Shown: positions 43,996-56,981 of the stretch, piece after piece
How positions within the stretch are numbered: position 1 is the stretch's first letter
Layout of the letters: each line of letters begins with the position of its first letter
Assembly: GCA_035416785.1 (NCBI GenBank)
Contig: DAOLNX010000002.1
Location: 867-64,866, forward strand
Direction: 5' to 3'
Length of the DNA stretch: 64,000 nt
DNA from: Smithellaceae bacterium
GTDB lineage: Bacteria; Desulfobacterota; Syntrophia; Syntrophales; Smithellaceae
Notes under the pieces: generated by a model
Database searches by the model: none
The model's input: only the letters and a program-made list of their open reading frames with translations
Told to the model about the DNA's origin: nothing
Program-made: the position numbers and the translations under genes

Positions 43996-45813
43996 CTACC
44001 ACTTTTTCGGAAGAGGAGGCGTAATCGTGAACGCGAATTTCTGTCCGGGGCCGGACATCAATGTCGTGAACAGAGCATTGATTAAAGAACCGTTACCCAC
44101 CAATCTGGGAAAGGTTGTTGTTCCCTTGAAAGTCAAAGTGCCATCACCAAGAGCCGATGCGGGACCATCATAATCAATGGGGAACACAATCGGTTCTGCA
44201 CCGTGCAGCTTGAAAGGAATTTTAATGCCCAAGGCACCAACCTGCTTGATGTACAAATTGACATACATTTTTCCGTGCACATGCAATATGCCATCTTTAT
44301 CAATAGAAGCCGTTCCGGTCATGGGTTTTGCAGGCACAATGGACAGATTGACTTTTAAAGGAAGGATCACATTGATATTGGAGGGAAAATCCGGAATTTC
44401 TGTCGATCCCACAATTGTGTTAATCGTCATGTTTGTGTTGGCGGAAAATGTTGATGCTCCGGGAAGGTAAACATCCTGGCGTAAAGTTTTCAGATGAATC
44501 GTTCCGGCCAAATTCCATTTGTTCATCGAAACCACAAAGTCACCATCCACCGGATTTGCCGTGGATACGGGACGGGGCGTGGTGGAATTGCAGGTTGATG
44601 CTGCAAATTTCCCATTGAAACGATCTTGGAGCCACGAAAGTGCATAAGGTGCGGCCTGGAATTGTGTTGTCAGATGCTCACCGGGGAAATACATATAAGA
44701 GACGTTCACACCCTGATCGCAATAAGCTTTTTTCAGATCCAATGCCTGATTGAGTTCGATAAACTCGTCGGATGTTCCGTGATATAGAAAAACGGGTACA
44801 TTGATCGGAGTTTTTCCAAGGTTTTGCGCCTCCATGGTTTCCTTGATGGGGGATATCGAAGACAGAATTGATATCGGTATATAATCGCCGTGTCCGATAT
44901 AACTGGACAGGCGTACGTTCATAAAGGTGAACAGAGCTTCGAAAACGCCCATGTTTTTTGCCCCCTGGATGGCGCTTTTTCCTGCATCATTGGTCATGAG
45001 CGCCAGGGGAATGCCTTCCGGATATTGAGTGGACAATCCGATTACGGTATCCAGTAAAAAAGCGGAGCCGTTTTTACCGTCTATGTATTCTGAAACCCGA
45101 AAGAAATTGGCGGGGACACCACCTGCGGCGACACCGACCAGATTCATGTTGGGAGCATAGGAAGGCTGGAGCTGTCCCGCCCATGCCGCTGTCTGTCCAC
45201 CTTGGGAATAGCCCCAGATGCCGATCTTTGCAGAAGAACTCAATCCAATATAGGGGATTTGCAAGGCTGCTTTGATGATGTCGAGAGCAGCGTGTCCCTG
45301 AGCGATGCCGGACATGTAAGTGGGGGAACTCCCATTGGTGTATCCCGGATTGTCGGTGATCAGAACGGCATAACCTTTTTGCAGGGCCGCCCGGATATTG
45401 ACATTCTCATAGTCCGTGCCGTTGGCAAGTTGAAGAGACGGAGCCCAGGATTGTGCAAGACCATGAGTTCCTACGGCGTATGTTATCATCGGGCGGGGAT
45501 AAGAGGCTCTCCATGTGGTTCGGGGAACCAGAACCGTTCCCGTAACGACATTGGGCATTCCGAACGCATCTTTTGATCGATACATAATCTGCCAGGAATT
45601 GCATGCAGGACTTTCAGGGGGGACTGATTTTGAGGTGCGATACCAGATCAAATCTCCATTGGTATCAGGAAGAGTTGCCGGAGGCGTGTAAAAAGCCATG
45701 CCGGCGGGACCTACTTTTGGAGCGGCTATCGCCGAAAACGCAAAAAGACATCCCATGGCCAAAATGGTAAAAGAGACCAGAAACCACTGCCGGCAACAAA
45801 TAACGCGCTTCAT
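43996..45813 (-). CDS. Secreted LIP-family (secretory lipase, PF03583-like) alpha/beta hydrolase with an extra C-terminal domain of about 190 aa
   Basis: Signal peptide …FSAIA/AP. Nucleophile elbow IWGYSQGGQTAAW. Strong GGAGG Shine-Dalgarno sequence before ATG 45813. The C-terminal third is beta-rich and has no motif I recognise. Confidence 0.7.
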   Translation of the reverse strand: MKRVICCRQWFLVSFTILAMGCLFAFSAIAAPKVGPAGMAFYTPPATLPDTNGDLIWYRTSKSVPPESPACNSWQIMYRSKDAFGMPNVVTGTVLVPRTTWRASYPRPMITYAVGTHGLAQSWAPSLQLANGTDYENVNIRAALQKGYAVLITDNPGYTNGSSPTYMSGIAQGHAALDIIKAALQIPYIGLSSSAKIGIWGYSQGGQTAAWAGQLQPSYAPNMNLVGVAAGGVPANFFRVSEYIDGKNGSAFLLDTVIGLSTQYPEGIPLALMTNDAGKSAIQGAKNMGVFEALFTFMNVRLSSYIGHGDYIPISILSSISPIKETMEAQNLGKTPINVPVFLYHGTSDEFIELNQALDLKKAYCDQGVNVSYMYFPGEHLTTQFQAAPYALSWLQDRFNGKFAASTCNSTTPRPVSTANPVDGDFVVSMNKWNLAGTIHLKTLRQDVYLPGASTFSANTNMTINTIVGSTEIPDFPSNINVILPLKVNLSIVPAKPMTGTASIDKDGILHVHGKMYVNLYIKQVGALGIKIPFKLHGAEPIVFPIDYDGPASALGDGTLTFKGTTTFPRLVGNGSLINALFTTLMSGPGQKFAFTITPPLPKKW

Positions 45814-46065
45814 AAAACCTCCCCGTAAACAAGTTCTAGACAAACGATTTACGAAACACTGCAGCCCCGACAAAAAAGCACATTCTTGCTATTTTGCCCG
45901 ACCACTTCTCTATATGATTTTTTACCTTTGGAGGCATCTTATTCCCATGAAAAAAAATGTCAAGCATTATTATCAAAAAAATGAAAAAAATGAAAAACCG
46001 TAACGGCGTGGATAAGGGCGAATTTCATTTTCAGGAGATCAAGAAGATGGACTACACGTGATATT

Positions 46066-46983
46066 TTACAGGCGCTGTTGATTCGTTGATATGCCCGCTG
46101 GTTCATCAGGCAGCGAAGCGTGATAGGAACTGCGTACCAGAGGACCGGACTGGATATTGGCAAATCCTCTAGAAAGGGCAATGGTTTGAAATTCGTCAAA
46201 TTCCTCAGGAGAGTAATATTTGGCCACCGGCCAGTGCTTGAGCGTTGGTTGCTGGTATTGTCCAATGGTCAGTCGCTGACAGGAAATGGAAGACAGATCA
46301 TCCATTAGACGAAAAATATCTGCTTTGTCTTCACCAAATCCCACCATGAAACCGCTTTTGGTGATAATTGGCGTAGGTGCCACACTGGATAAAAGAGCCA
46401 ATGAACGCTGATAGTTGCCTTGCGGGCGAAGCAGCGGGAAAAGAGGTGCCACAACTTCCAGGTTGTGATTAATCACATCAGGCTTTGCATCAATCACTTT
46501 TTCCAGAGATTTGATATTTCCCCGAAAATCAGGAATTAAAACTTCAATTTTACAGTCGGGAATAGCTTGGCGCAGTCCTGTAATGCAGCGGGCAAAGGTT
46601 TCCGCGCCACCGTCCGGCAAGTCATCTCTTGTTACGGAAGTAAGCACCACATAGCGCAACTTCATCTGCCCAACGGCGGAGATTAAATGTTCAATTTCGT
46701 TTTCATTGACTTTTTGGGGGGGAATGCCATGGGAAATGTTGCAGTAAAGACAGTTTCTTGTGCAGACGTTGCCCAGAATAAGAAACGTGGCCGTGCCCTT
46801 TTGGAAGCACTCCGCCATGTTGGGACAGGCGGCTTCCTGACAGACTGTATGCAGCTGTAAAGAAGAGAGAGTTTTGCGAATCTGACGGCACTTGTCTGTA
46901 CAGGCTGGACGTACTTTCAGCCAAGGGGGTTTGCGCAGAAGATGCCTTGTTTCATTCATTTGAGGGTTTTTTCCAGCAGACAT
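46066..46983 (-). CDS. lipA: Lipoyl synthase
   Basis: CQEAACPN (auxiliary cluster), the radical-SAM motif CTRNCLYC, and VTRDDL. Overlaps the gcvPB 3' end. Confidence 0.92.
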   Translation of the reverse strand: MSAGKNPQMNETRHLLRKPPWLKVRPACTDKCRQIRKTLSSLQLHTVCQEAACPNMAECFQKGTATFLILGNVCTRNCLYCNISHGIPPQKVNENEIEHLISAVGQMKLRYVVLTSVTRDDLPDGGAETFARCITGLRQAIPDCKIEVLIPDFRGNIKSLEKVIDAKPDVINHNLEVVAPLFPLLRPQGNYQRSLALLSSVAPTPIITKSGFMVGFGEDKADIFRLMDDLSSISCQRLTIGQYQQPTLKHWPVAKYYSPEEFDEFQTIALSRGFANIQSGPLVRSSYHASLPDEPAGISTNQQRL

Positions 46984-48487
46984 CCGGCTTGCGGGCGGCC
47001 AAAACCTCGTCGAGACGGTTGACCGGCGTGGAAAGCGGCGCGTCTTTAATCCGCTGAGGATTGTTCCTGGCCTCTTCGGCGATGGCGATCATTGCGTTGC
47101 AGAAAGCGTCAAGGGTTTCCTTGCTTTCCGTTTCCGTCGGCTCAATCATGATGGCTTCATGGACAATCAGCGGAAAATATATTGTCGGCGGATGATAGCC
47201 GAAATCGATGAGGCGTTTGGCAATGTCGCTGGTGTGGACACTGTTTTCCGCTACCTGACGGTTTCCGGAGAACACGCATTCGTGCATGCAGGCGCGGTCA
47301 AACGGTAGATCATAGACAAATTTCAGTTTTTCTTTAATATAATTGGCGTTAAGGACAGCCATTTCCGTGACGCGTGTCAGACCTGTCGCGCCCAGCGAGC
47401 GGATATAGGTGTAGGCCTTGACGATGACATTGAAGTTTCCGTAAAAGGCGCGTACACGGCCGATAGAGTCGGGAAAATCCGACGACCAGGCGTAAGTTGC
47501 ATCATTTGCAATGAAATGCGGAATCGGCAGATACGATGTTTCGCCGTCACGGTTAACGGAATAATCCGTTGGCCATTCGTAGCTTGAATTCTTGATGATA
47601 CGAGGTACGGGCAGATAATCTACCAGTTTGGCGCTCACACCCACCGGGCCGCTCCCGGGACCGCCGCCACCGTGTGGTGTGGAGAAAGTTTTATGCAGGT
47701 TGAGCTGAATTACATCAAAGCCCAGATCACCGGGCCGGGTTTTTCCCAAGAAGGCATTGGCATTTGCGCCGTCGCCATAAAGCAGGCCGCCCTTCCCATG
47801 GACAATAGAGGCGACTTTTTCAATATTACGTTCAAACAGCCCCAGTGTATTGGGATTGGTCAGCATGAGAGCAGCCACATCTTCTGTCATCAGGGATTCC
47901 AGATGGTCCAGATCGACGCCGCCATCCGTATTGGAGCGTAGGGTGACGGTTTCAAATCCGCACAGAGCGCCGGAGGCGGGATTGGTGCCGTGGGCGGCAT
48001 CGGGAATCAGAATCAAGTGACGCTTTTGCCCTTTCTTCTCAAAATACTTCTTGATTATCATGACGCCCGTCAACTCTCCGTGCGCGCCTGCCGCTGGTTG
48101 CAGCGTAAAATCCGCCATGCCGAAGATATCGCTTAAAAGCCTTTGCATATCAAACATCAGTTTCAGGCTGCCCTGAGCAAACTCATCCGGGACCTCCGGG
48201 TGCAGATTTGTAAATCCCGGCAGAACGGCTGCGTTTTCGTTGATCTTGGGATTGTATTTCATGGTGCAGGAACCCAGGGGATAAAAACCCATATCCACAC
48301 CGAAGTTCCGCCTTGATAGATTCGTATAATGTCTCACCAGATCGATTTCCGCCACTTCCGGAAGATCCAGATCGTCGCGTAGATATTTTCTTCCGATCAC
48401 ATCCTCGAGAGAGACAACCGGAACATCGCTTTGAGAGACATCCGCCGCGCTGCGTCCGGGCTTGCTGATTTCAAAAATTAATTCCAT
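46952..48487 (-). CDS. gcvPB: Glycine dehydrogenase (decarboxylating) subunit 2
   Basis: [12 protein letters not shown]…[10 protein letters not shown]…[16 protein letters not shown] (PLP Lys). AAGGAG lies before ATG 48487; the track ORF opens at 48559. Confidence 0.92.
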   Translation of the reverse strand: MELIFEISKPGRSAADVSQSDVPVVSLEDVIGRKYLRDDLDLPEVAEIDLVRHYTNLSRRNFGVDMGFYPLGSCTMKYNPKINENAAVLPGFTNLHPEVPDEFAQGSLKLMFDMQRLLSDIFGMADFTLQPAAGAHGELTGVMIIKKYFEKKGQKRHLILIPDAAHGTNPASGALCGFETVTLRSNTDGGVDLDHLESLMTEDVAALMLTNPNTLGLFERNIEKVASIVHGKGGLLYGDGANANAFLGKTRPGDLGFDVIQLNLHKTFSTPHGGGGPGSGPVGVSAKLVDYLPVPRIIKNSSYEWPTDYSVNRDGETSYLPIPHFIANDATYAWSSDFPDSIGRVRAFYGNFNVIVKAYTYIRSLGATGLTRVTEMAVLNANYIKEKLKFVYDLPFDRACMHECVFSGNRQVAENSVHTSDIAKRLIDFGYHPPTIYFPLIVHEAIMIEPTETESKETLDAFCNAMIAIAEEARNNPQRIKDAPLSTPVNRLDEVLAARKPDVCWKKPSNE

Positions 48488-48498
48488 GAATGCACTCC

Positions 48499-49824
48499 TT
48501 ATTTCAGAATATCCAACACACGATCCATATCGTCTTTGGAAAGCATTTCTGTAGCGCAAACAAGCAGAGTGTTTTCCAATTCCGGATAATCCTTCGACAG
48601 TTCATAAGCGCCGGTTATCCCTGCAGCCCACAACTTCTCATTCACCATCCGGGCAGCGGGACAGCGCAGGGCAAACTCGTTGTAAACTGGTGAAGAAAAT
48701 ACCTGCTGCCAACCCGGAAGGGATAGAAGCCTGTTCTTGAAATACTGGGCTTTGTTAATGTTAAGAGCCGATAGTTTTTTCAGATTTTTACCCAGTGCTG
48801 CAAGATAAATACAGGCGGACAGAGCGCAGAGGGCCTCATTGGAGCAGATATTGGAAGTCGCTTTTTCCCGGCGGATGTGCTGTTCGCGGGTTTGCAATGT
48901 GAGCACGAAGCCTCGCTTGCCGTTTTTATCCACAGTAGCACCCGCCAGTCTGCCCGGAATACGACGCAGATACTTTTCTCGTGCTGCGAGAATGCCCAGA
49001 TATGGTCCTCCGTAATGAAGCGGGTTGCCCAGGCTTTGCCCTTCGCCCACTACGAAATCCGCTCCGCTGTCTCCAGCCGGACGCAGAATTCCCAGTGATG
49101 TGCCATCGGTAAAACCAGAAATGAGCATTGCACCGTTTTGATGAGCGGCTTCGGCAACCGGTGCAATATCTTCGATGCATCCGAAAAAATTGGGGCTTTG
49201 GATGATCACCGCCGCGATGCGGCTATCCAGAAGATCGGTAAGCGCGGCCAAATCCAGTTGACCGGAGGGAGCGTAGGGTATTTCTGTAACGGCATAACCG
49301 TTGGCCCATGCATAGGTTTGCAGAACCTGGCGATATTGCGGATGAACTGACCGAGCGACGACAATCCGTTTGCGATTCGAGATCTTGGCACACAAAACCG
49401 CTGCTTCCGCCATGGCCGAGGCCCCGTCATACAAAGATGCGTTAGCGACCTCCATTCCGGTCAAACGGGCGATCATGGTTTGATATTCGTAAATCGCCTG
49501 CAAAATGCCCTGGCTCATTTCCGCCTGGTAGGGAGTGTAGGCTGTAAAAAATTCGGCGCGTCCAATCAGATGGCTTACAACAGCCGGTATGTAGTGGGCA
49601 TAAGCACCGGCGCCGGTCATCGTGACTTGAGGGATCCGGTTTCTTGCGCTGATGGTCTTCATCAGCGTGAAGGTATCTTGTTCGGATAAGGACTCCGGTA
49701 TACCGGGCATTTGCTGTAAACGGAATGGTTGCGGAATGTCGGCAAAAAGCTCATCAATGCTGTGGATGCCGATCAACGCTTGCATTTCAGCGACATCTTC
49801 TGGTGTGTGAGGGCAGTAATCCAT
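48499..49824 (-). CDS. gcvPA: Glycine dehydrogenase (decarboxylating) subunit 1
   Basis: MDYCPHT…[13 protein letters not shown]…NICSNEAL. Confidence 0.92.
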   Translation of the reverse strand: MDYCPHTPEDVAEMQALIGIHSIDELFADIPQPFRLQQMPGIPESLSEQDTFTLMKTISARNRIPQVTMTGAGAYAHYIPAVVSHLIGRAEFFTAYTPYQAEMSQGILQAIYEYQTMIARLTGMEVANASLYDGASAMAEAAVLCAKISNRKRIVVARSVHPQYRQVLQTYAWANGYAVTEIPYAPSGQLDLAALTDLLDSRIAAVIIQSPNFFGCIEDIAPVAEAAHQNGAMLISGFTDGTSLGILRPAGDSGADFVVGEGQSLGNPLHYGGPYLGILAAREKYLRRIPGRLAGATVDKNGKRGFVLTLQTREQHIRREKATSNICSNEALCALSACIYLAALGKNLKKLSALNINKAQYFKNRLLSLPGWQQVFSSPVYNEFALRCPAARMVNEKLWAAGITGAYELSKDYPELENTLLVCATEMLSKDDMDRVLDILK

Positions 49825-49828
49825 TTTA

Positions 49829-50227
49829 TTAATGTTTTTCCTCCTGAATCAGAGCGTCATAGGTGACGGCATCCATCAGGGATTGCAATTCTTCTGCATG
49901 AGAGATTTTGAGTTTGACGATCCAGCCTTCCCCAAAGGCATCACGGTTGATCACCTCCGGGGCTTCCTCCAAAACGTTGTTGATATCGATGACTTCACCG
50001 CTAATCGGCGCATAAACATCGGATACAGATTTAACAGATTCCACAACGGCCACTGGTTTGCCTTTTTCAACTTTCTTGCCGATGGGGGGTAATTCTACAA
50101 AAACAATATCCGTCAGCATGTTCTGAGCGTAATCGGTGATGCCGATCAGAGCCGTGCCGTCGCCCAGGTCTTTTACCCATTCATGGTCTTTTGAATACAG
50201 TCTGTCGGTTGGGTTGGATTTGGACAT
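49829..50227 (-). CDS. gcvH: Glycine cleavage system H protein
   Basis: YSKDHEWV…VESVKSVSDVYAP (lipoyl-Lys motif). Confidence 0.93.
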   Translation of the reverse strand: MSKSNPTDRLYSKDHEWVKDLGDGTALIGITDYAQNMLTDIVFVELPPIGKKVEKGKPVAVVESVKSVSDVYAPISGEVIDINNVLEEAPEVINRDAFGEGWIVKLKISHAEELQSLMDAVTYDALIQEEKH

Positions 50228-50337
50228 TCGAGGTCTCCTTCTTCTTGAATTTTTTATCTTTTATCAAATGGTTCCTGTTTTTACCGGGTGTCGAATTTAA
50301 GGAACGATGATCTCGGATTTCTTTGGCAGCTCTTTGA

Positions 50338-51429
50338 TTATCGTTGCCTTTTATAGAAAGGAAGTTGAACGATTCTGGCCTGGCTGATGGTATCGCGAAT
50401 CATTACGGAAATTTCTGTATCTGGTGCGGTATATTCCATATCAACAAATGCCAGACCAATTGGTTTGTTCAGCGTGGGGGAAAAGGTGCCGGATGTAACG
50501 ATACCGATTTGTTTGCTGTTTTTCATGACCAGATAGCCGTGGCGGGCAATACCGCGCCCGGTCATTTCAAATCCGGCCAGTTTTTTTTTAAAGCCGGTTT
50601 CCCTGATGATTGCGAGTGCCGCTTTACCGGCAAAATCCTTTTTCCAATCCACCAACCAGCCGTAAGGAACTTCCAACGGGCATATTTCTTCAGTAATATC
50701 CTGACCGTTGAGCATCATGCCGGATTCCAGGCGCAACGTGTCCCGTGCTCCCAGGCCTGCCGGCTTCAGACCTTCGGAAGCGCCCGTTTCCATGAATTTG
50801 TCCCACACCAAGCCTATTTTTTCAGCGTCCGCATAAATTTCAAAACCATCTTCTCCCGTATAGCCACTGCGGGAAATCATGGCAGGAATGTCTGCCACCC
50901 TCGAATCAGCAAAATGGTAGAAACGAATACTTTTCAAATCAGCCGGGGTCAGTTGTTGCAGAATATCTTCCGCACGCGGCCCCTGCAAATCCAGTTTGCC
51001 TGTTCTGTCGCTCACGTCCGAAAGACGGCAGTCAAAATGGTGTTTGTCAAGAATAGATTGGACGCGCAGAAAATCCGCTTCACGGGTTGTGGCATTGGTG
51101 ACCAGCATGTAGAGATCCTGATCCATTTTGTAAACCGTCAAATCATCAATAATTCCGCCACGATCGTTAAGTAGCGCGGAAAGTTTGACCTGTCCCACCT
51201 TTTGTCCGGCAAGATCCCGCGTCAGTGCCGTTTGCAGCAGGTCAAACGCCTGAGGACCTTTTACCTGGATTTCCCCCATATGACAGATATCAAAAAGTGT
51301 CGCGTTGGTTCGGGTTGTCCGATGTTCCTCAATGACGTTGGTGTATTGTACCGGCATGGCCCATCCGCCGAAATCGATGATTTTTGCGTTCATATCGGTA
51401 TGTCTGTCATATAAAACGGTTTTTCTCAT
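50338..51429 (-). CDS. gcvT: Glycine cleavage system aminomethyltransferase T
   Basis: FGGWAMPVQY…FDICHMGE…SRSGYTGEDGFEI. Confidence 0.93.
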   Translation of the reverse strand: MRKTVLYDRHTDMNAKIIDFGGWAMPVQYTNVIEEHRTTRTNATLFDICHMGEIQVKGPQAFDLLQTALTRDLAGQKVGQVKLSALLNDRGGIIDDLTVYKMDQDLYMLVTNATTREADFLRVQSILDKHHFDCRLSDVSDRTGKLDLQGPRAEDILQQLTPADLKSIRFYHFADSRVADIPAMISRSGYTGEDGFEIYADAEKIGLVWDKFMETGASEGLKPAGLGARDTLRLESGMMLNGQDITEEICPLEVPYGWLVDWKKDFAGKAALAIIRETGFKKKLAGFEMTGRGIARHGYLVMKNSKQIGIVTSGTFSPTLNKPIGLAFVDMEYTAPDTEISVMIRDTISQARIVQLPFYKRQR

Positions 51430-51447
51430 AGATGGCGCTCCTGCCTG

Positions 51448-52014
51448 CTACTTAAAAATTTTATTGATTAAAGATTGTTTTTCTTTCGGATAATAGAGGT
51501 TTCCTTCGTAGTCAACAATCAGTTTGCCGTCAAGATGGTCGATTTCATGCTGTACAACCCGTGCCGTCCAATCCAGATAACGTTTGCTGACTTTCTCACC
51601 TTTTTGATTCAGGGCGCGGATTTTAATTTCCGGAAAACGGCTGACTTCGATTTGAATATCCGGGCAGGATAGGCATCCCTCTGCTGCTGTTACTTTTTCA
51701 CCGCGTGATTGCGTAATGCGTGGGTTGATCAGCACATCGTAGTCATCGGGCGTCATTTTTTTCTTCCGTTCATCGTCGGTCTTGTTGCGAAAGATAATGA
51801 TTCTTTTATTGATGCCGATTTGGGGGGCCGCTAGTCCTGAAGCGTCGTTACGGCAGGTAAAGGAATCAATCAGGGTCTGAATTTCCTTTTTTTCATCTTT
51901 TTCCAGCGGCGTTTTCAATTCCGCGGACTTCTTCCGTAAAATGGAAGTGTCTTCTGAATTGATGCCGTCATTGTTCCAAAGGGTTAATACTCTTTCAGGA
52001 GCCATTTTGTTCAC
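51448..52014 (-). CDS. def: Peptide deformylase
   Basis: GLAAPQIG, EGCLS and QHEIDHLDG. All three PDF motifs are present. Confidence 0.88.
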   Translation of the reverse strand: MNKMAPERVLTLWNNDGINSEDTSILRKKSAELKTPLEKDEKKEIQTLIDSFTCRNDASGLAAPQIGINKRIIIFRNKTDDERKKKMTPDDYDVLINPRITQSRGEKVTAAEGCLSCPDIQIEVSRFPEIKIRALNQKGEKVSKRYLDWTARVVQHEIDHLDGKLIVDYEGNLYYPKEKQSLINKIFK

Positions 52015-52091
52015 CGGGGCAAAAAATTTTCAAGGCTATAACATCTATCGGGAGTTATTTCAAGCAAACGAACACGAACTTGCCGATTTGG

Positions 52092-52571
52092 TTAAATATC
52101 GATTCTAATGTTGTTATTTTTCAAAAACTGTCGTGTGTTGCGAACGTGGGTTCCGGGCCAGTATATTTTTCCGCAGCAGTGACACTTGAAATATTCTTCA
52201 CAATTTTCAAATACATAGGCAGGAACATCATTTCGGACATCCTCTCGCTTTATCGGACGAAGTTTTTCATTGCATAATAGGCATCTGCTGTGCATTTTTT
52301 CAGAACGGATGGATAGATGCAATTGATTGATGACAAAATGAAGTTGGTGGCTCGTGCTGAATTCCGGAATCAGCAACATCTTTCCGGAAAATTGCCTTTC
52401 CATCATGTCCCTTCGACGGGTAAGCACAATGCGCTGTTCACAAAGCGCCATTTTCATCATCGGCCGGCCTGCAGGCCCGGAATAGACTTCTGCATCGAAA
52501 CCCAGCAATCTTAACCATCTGACCAATCCCGCCAGACTGGCGTCGGCAAGAAACTTCAGGGGGGCGTTCAT
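52092..52571 (-). CDS. Mut7-C RNase (DUF82) domain protein with a C-terminal zinc ribbon
   Basis: FLADASLAGLVRWLRLLGFD… and CxxC…CxxC (CLLCN … CHCCG). Confidence 0.7.
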   Translation of the reverse strand: MNAPLKFLADASLAGLVRWLRLLGFDAEVYSGPAGRPMMKMALCEQRIVLTRRRDMMERQFSGKMLLIPEFSTSHQLHFVINQLHLSIRSEKMHSRCLLCNEKLRPIKREDVRNDVPAYVFENCEEYFKCHCCGKIYWPGTHVRNTRQFLKNNNIRIDI

Positions 52572-52885
52572 GGTGCAGGGGGAGGGATTTTTTTATTTTC
52601 TTCAATAATCGGAGGTGCTTCGCGATCACGTAATTCCTTACGCAGATCCCGAATGATTTTATTCAGACGACCGATGGTGCGATTCAAGCGGAATCTTTCA
52701 ACGATGCCCAGAAATCCGGTAATGATAACACCCGTCAGCAGAGCAGCGAAAATCAGCATGTAGGCGGGAACAACAATGTCCTGCAAATAGTAATATCGAA
52801 TAACGACCGGTCCGGAATTGAAGTTGGAAAAGGTGACGATGAAAAAAGCAAAAAGAATCGTCAGGATTAAATAAAAAACTCTCAT
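52568..52885 (-). CDS. LapA-family (DUF1049) inner-membrane protein
   Basis: 105 aa with two transmembrane helices and then a basic/charged tail (RLNKIIRDLRKELRDRE). Confidence 0.6.
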   Translation of the reverse strand: MRVFYLILTILFAFFIVTFSNFNSGPVVIRYYYLQDIVVPAYMLIFAALLTGVIITGFLGIVERFRLNRTIGRLNKIIRDLRKELRDREAPPIIEENKKIPPPAP

Positions 52886-53388
52886 GGCGTTTGCGTCTCC
52901 TCGGCATATTTTTTAAATAGGGGAGCAAGCTTGGCCGCGGTTGTCGCCAATTCCTCTGGAATAACGCGTACTTGCCCAACGACACTCATAAAATTGGTGT
53001 CGCCTTCCCAGCGGGGGATGACATGGACATGCGCATGCTCTTCAACGCCTGCGCCCGCCGCCTTTCCCAGATTCATGCCGATATTGAACCCCTGTGGATT
53101 CATGGATTCTTTTAGGACTTGGATAGAGGTGTCCAGCAAAGAGAAGATTTCGGCGCGTTCGGCAAGCGTCAGCTCGGAAATATTCCCCAGATGTCTTGTG
53201 GGAATAATCATTAAATGGCCGTTGACATAAGGATAGCGGTTGAGCATGACAAAGCAGGTTTTTCCTTCGTAAATAACGTAATCATCGCAGCGGATGGAAC
53301 ATTTGCAAAACACACATCCGTTGGGTTTTTCACTCACAAGATACTCCATTCGCCAGGGCGCAAAAATAGTTTTCATGTTTCCTGCCAA
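52882..53388 (-). CDS. HIT-family nucleotide hydrolase/transferase
   Basis: Histidine triad HAHVHVIPR, plus CVFC and NRYPYVNGHLM. The start could be the internal MKTIF (53376). Confidence 0.85.
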   Translation of the reverse strand: MAGNMKTIFAPWRMEYLVSEKPNGCVFCKCSIRCDDYVIYEGKTCFVMLNRYPYVNGHLMIIPTRHLGNISELTLAERAEIFSLLDTSIQVLKESMNPQGFNIGMNLGKAAGAGVEEHAHVHVIPRWEGDTNFMSVVGQVRVIPEELATTAAKLAPLFKKYAEETQTP

Positions 53389-53394
53389 ATCACT

Positions 53395-53892
53395 TCATTC
53401 AAGGGCAATGATGCGGCCTGTTATTTCTTTTCCAATTTCCAGGATTCCGACGCTTTTGGTTTTGGCAAAACGTTTATCTGTCGCCGAGCCGGGATTAAAA
53501 AAATAAACTCCGTCAATCATTCTGTTAACCGGGTCATGAGTATGGCCGAAGACAATGCAGTCCAGTTTTCCCATTTTTTCTGCAAGTTTCTTTTCAAGGC
53601 CTTCCGGTGATCCCCAACCGTGAATGAGACCGATTTGAAATCCTCTGATCTCCATTACCATCTGTTCGGGAAGTTCCTGCCTGACCCCATAGCGGTCCAT
53701 ATTTCCGCACACCGCCTTTACCTTTGTGTCACCGAAAAGATCCAGGACGGACAGATCAATCAAATCTCCGGCATGGAAAATCAAATCAACATCCGAAAAA
53801 TGCTGGTCCAGAATTTTCTTTAAATTTTCGTCAAAGCCCGCCAGATGCGTGTCGGACACGACGCCAATCCGTATGATGTTGTTATTTATCAT
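53395..53892 (-). CDS. YfcE/MJ0936-type metallophosphoesterase
   Basis: VVSDTHL…HAGDL…GNMD…GHTH. Confidence 0.85.
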   Translation of the reverse strand: MINNNIIRIGVVSDTHLAGFDENLKKILDQHFSDVDLIFHAGDLIDLSVLDLFGDTKVKAVCGNMDRYGVRQELPEQMVMEIRGFQIGLIHGWGSPEGLEKKLAEKMGKLDCIVFGHTHDPVNRMIDGVYFFNPGSATDKRFAKTKSVGILEIGKEITGRIIALE

Positions 53893-54003
53893 CGCGCTGG
53901 TTTATTAACGGCAAGATGCAAAAAAAACAAGTTTTATTTGGAGAATTTTGGGCGGCCAGGCTTTTGATTTGACTTTCCGGCCAAGCGGCGATATGAAGGC
54001 AAC

Positions 54004-56569
<2,566 letters not shown>

Positions 56570-56600
56570 GGCACACCGCTGCATGCCACAGAAATGTTGC

Positions 56601-56963
56601 CTATTTGCCCAGGCAATCGGATTTTCCGCTGCCTCTTCCTTCCGTAGATTCCTTCACCAGTCTGCCGTCTTCGAATGTCAGAGCGTAAATGTAGTCGTTT
56701 TCTCCGCAATTGTAGTACCAAACCTCCGCCTTTTTGGCGCATTTCTTGGATTTTGAAATTCTTCCTTGTTTGTCTTTGTTGACAGTCGTTTGAATGTTCG
56801 GGCAGATTTTTTCTTTGGATGTTGGTATGCCACAAGCAACGGAAACGTTGATTTTTTTATCGCCGGTGGTGACCAGGCCGGAACCGCAGCGAAAAGCATA
56901 TCCTTCCATCACCGAAAAACAGGAAAGCACCAAGCATAGAACACTGATTTTAAAAAATTGCAT
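56601..56963 (-). CDS. Secreted DUF2845-like protein
   Basis: Signal peptide. FRCGSGLVTTGDKKINVSVACGIPT… fits the DUF2845 pattern. Confidence 0.5.
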   Translation of the reverse strand: MQFFKISVLCLVLSCFSVMEGYAFRCGSGLVTTGDKKINVSVACGIPTSKEKICPNIQTTVNKDKQGRISKSKKCAKKAEVWYYNCGENDYIYALTFEDGRLVKESTEGRGSGKSDCLGK

Positions 56964-56981
56964 AAGTATTGCCTTTTGCCA

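Noticed and set aside
45698-46003. 101-aa plus-strand ORF and the Lys/Asn-rich mini-ORF (MKKNVKHYYQKNEKNEKP) in the lipase-lipA intergenic region.
   Set aside because: It partly overlaps the lipase 5' end in antisense. The rest is low-complexity A-rich DNA without a Shine-Dalgarno sequence, so it is more likely promoter DNA.
50344-51174. 276-aa plus-strand ORF.
   Set aside because: It is an antisense shadow of gcvT, which has unambiguous family motifs.
51430-51447. I looked for a glycine riboswitch upstream of gcvT.
   Set aside because: Only 18 nt separate def and gcvT. The 77-nt region upstream of def shows none of the conserved riboswitch features I could recognise.
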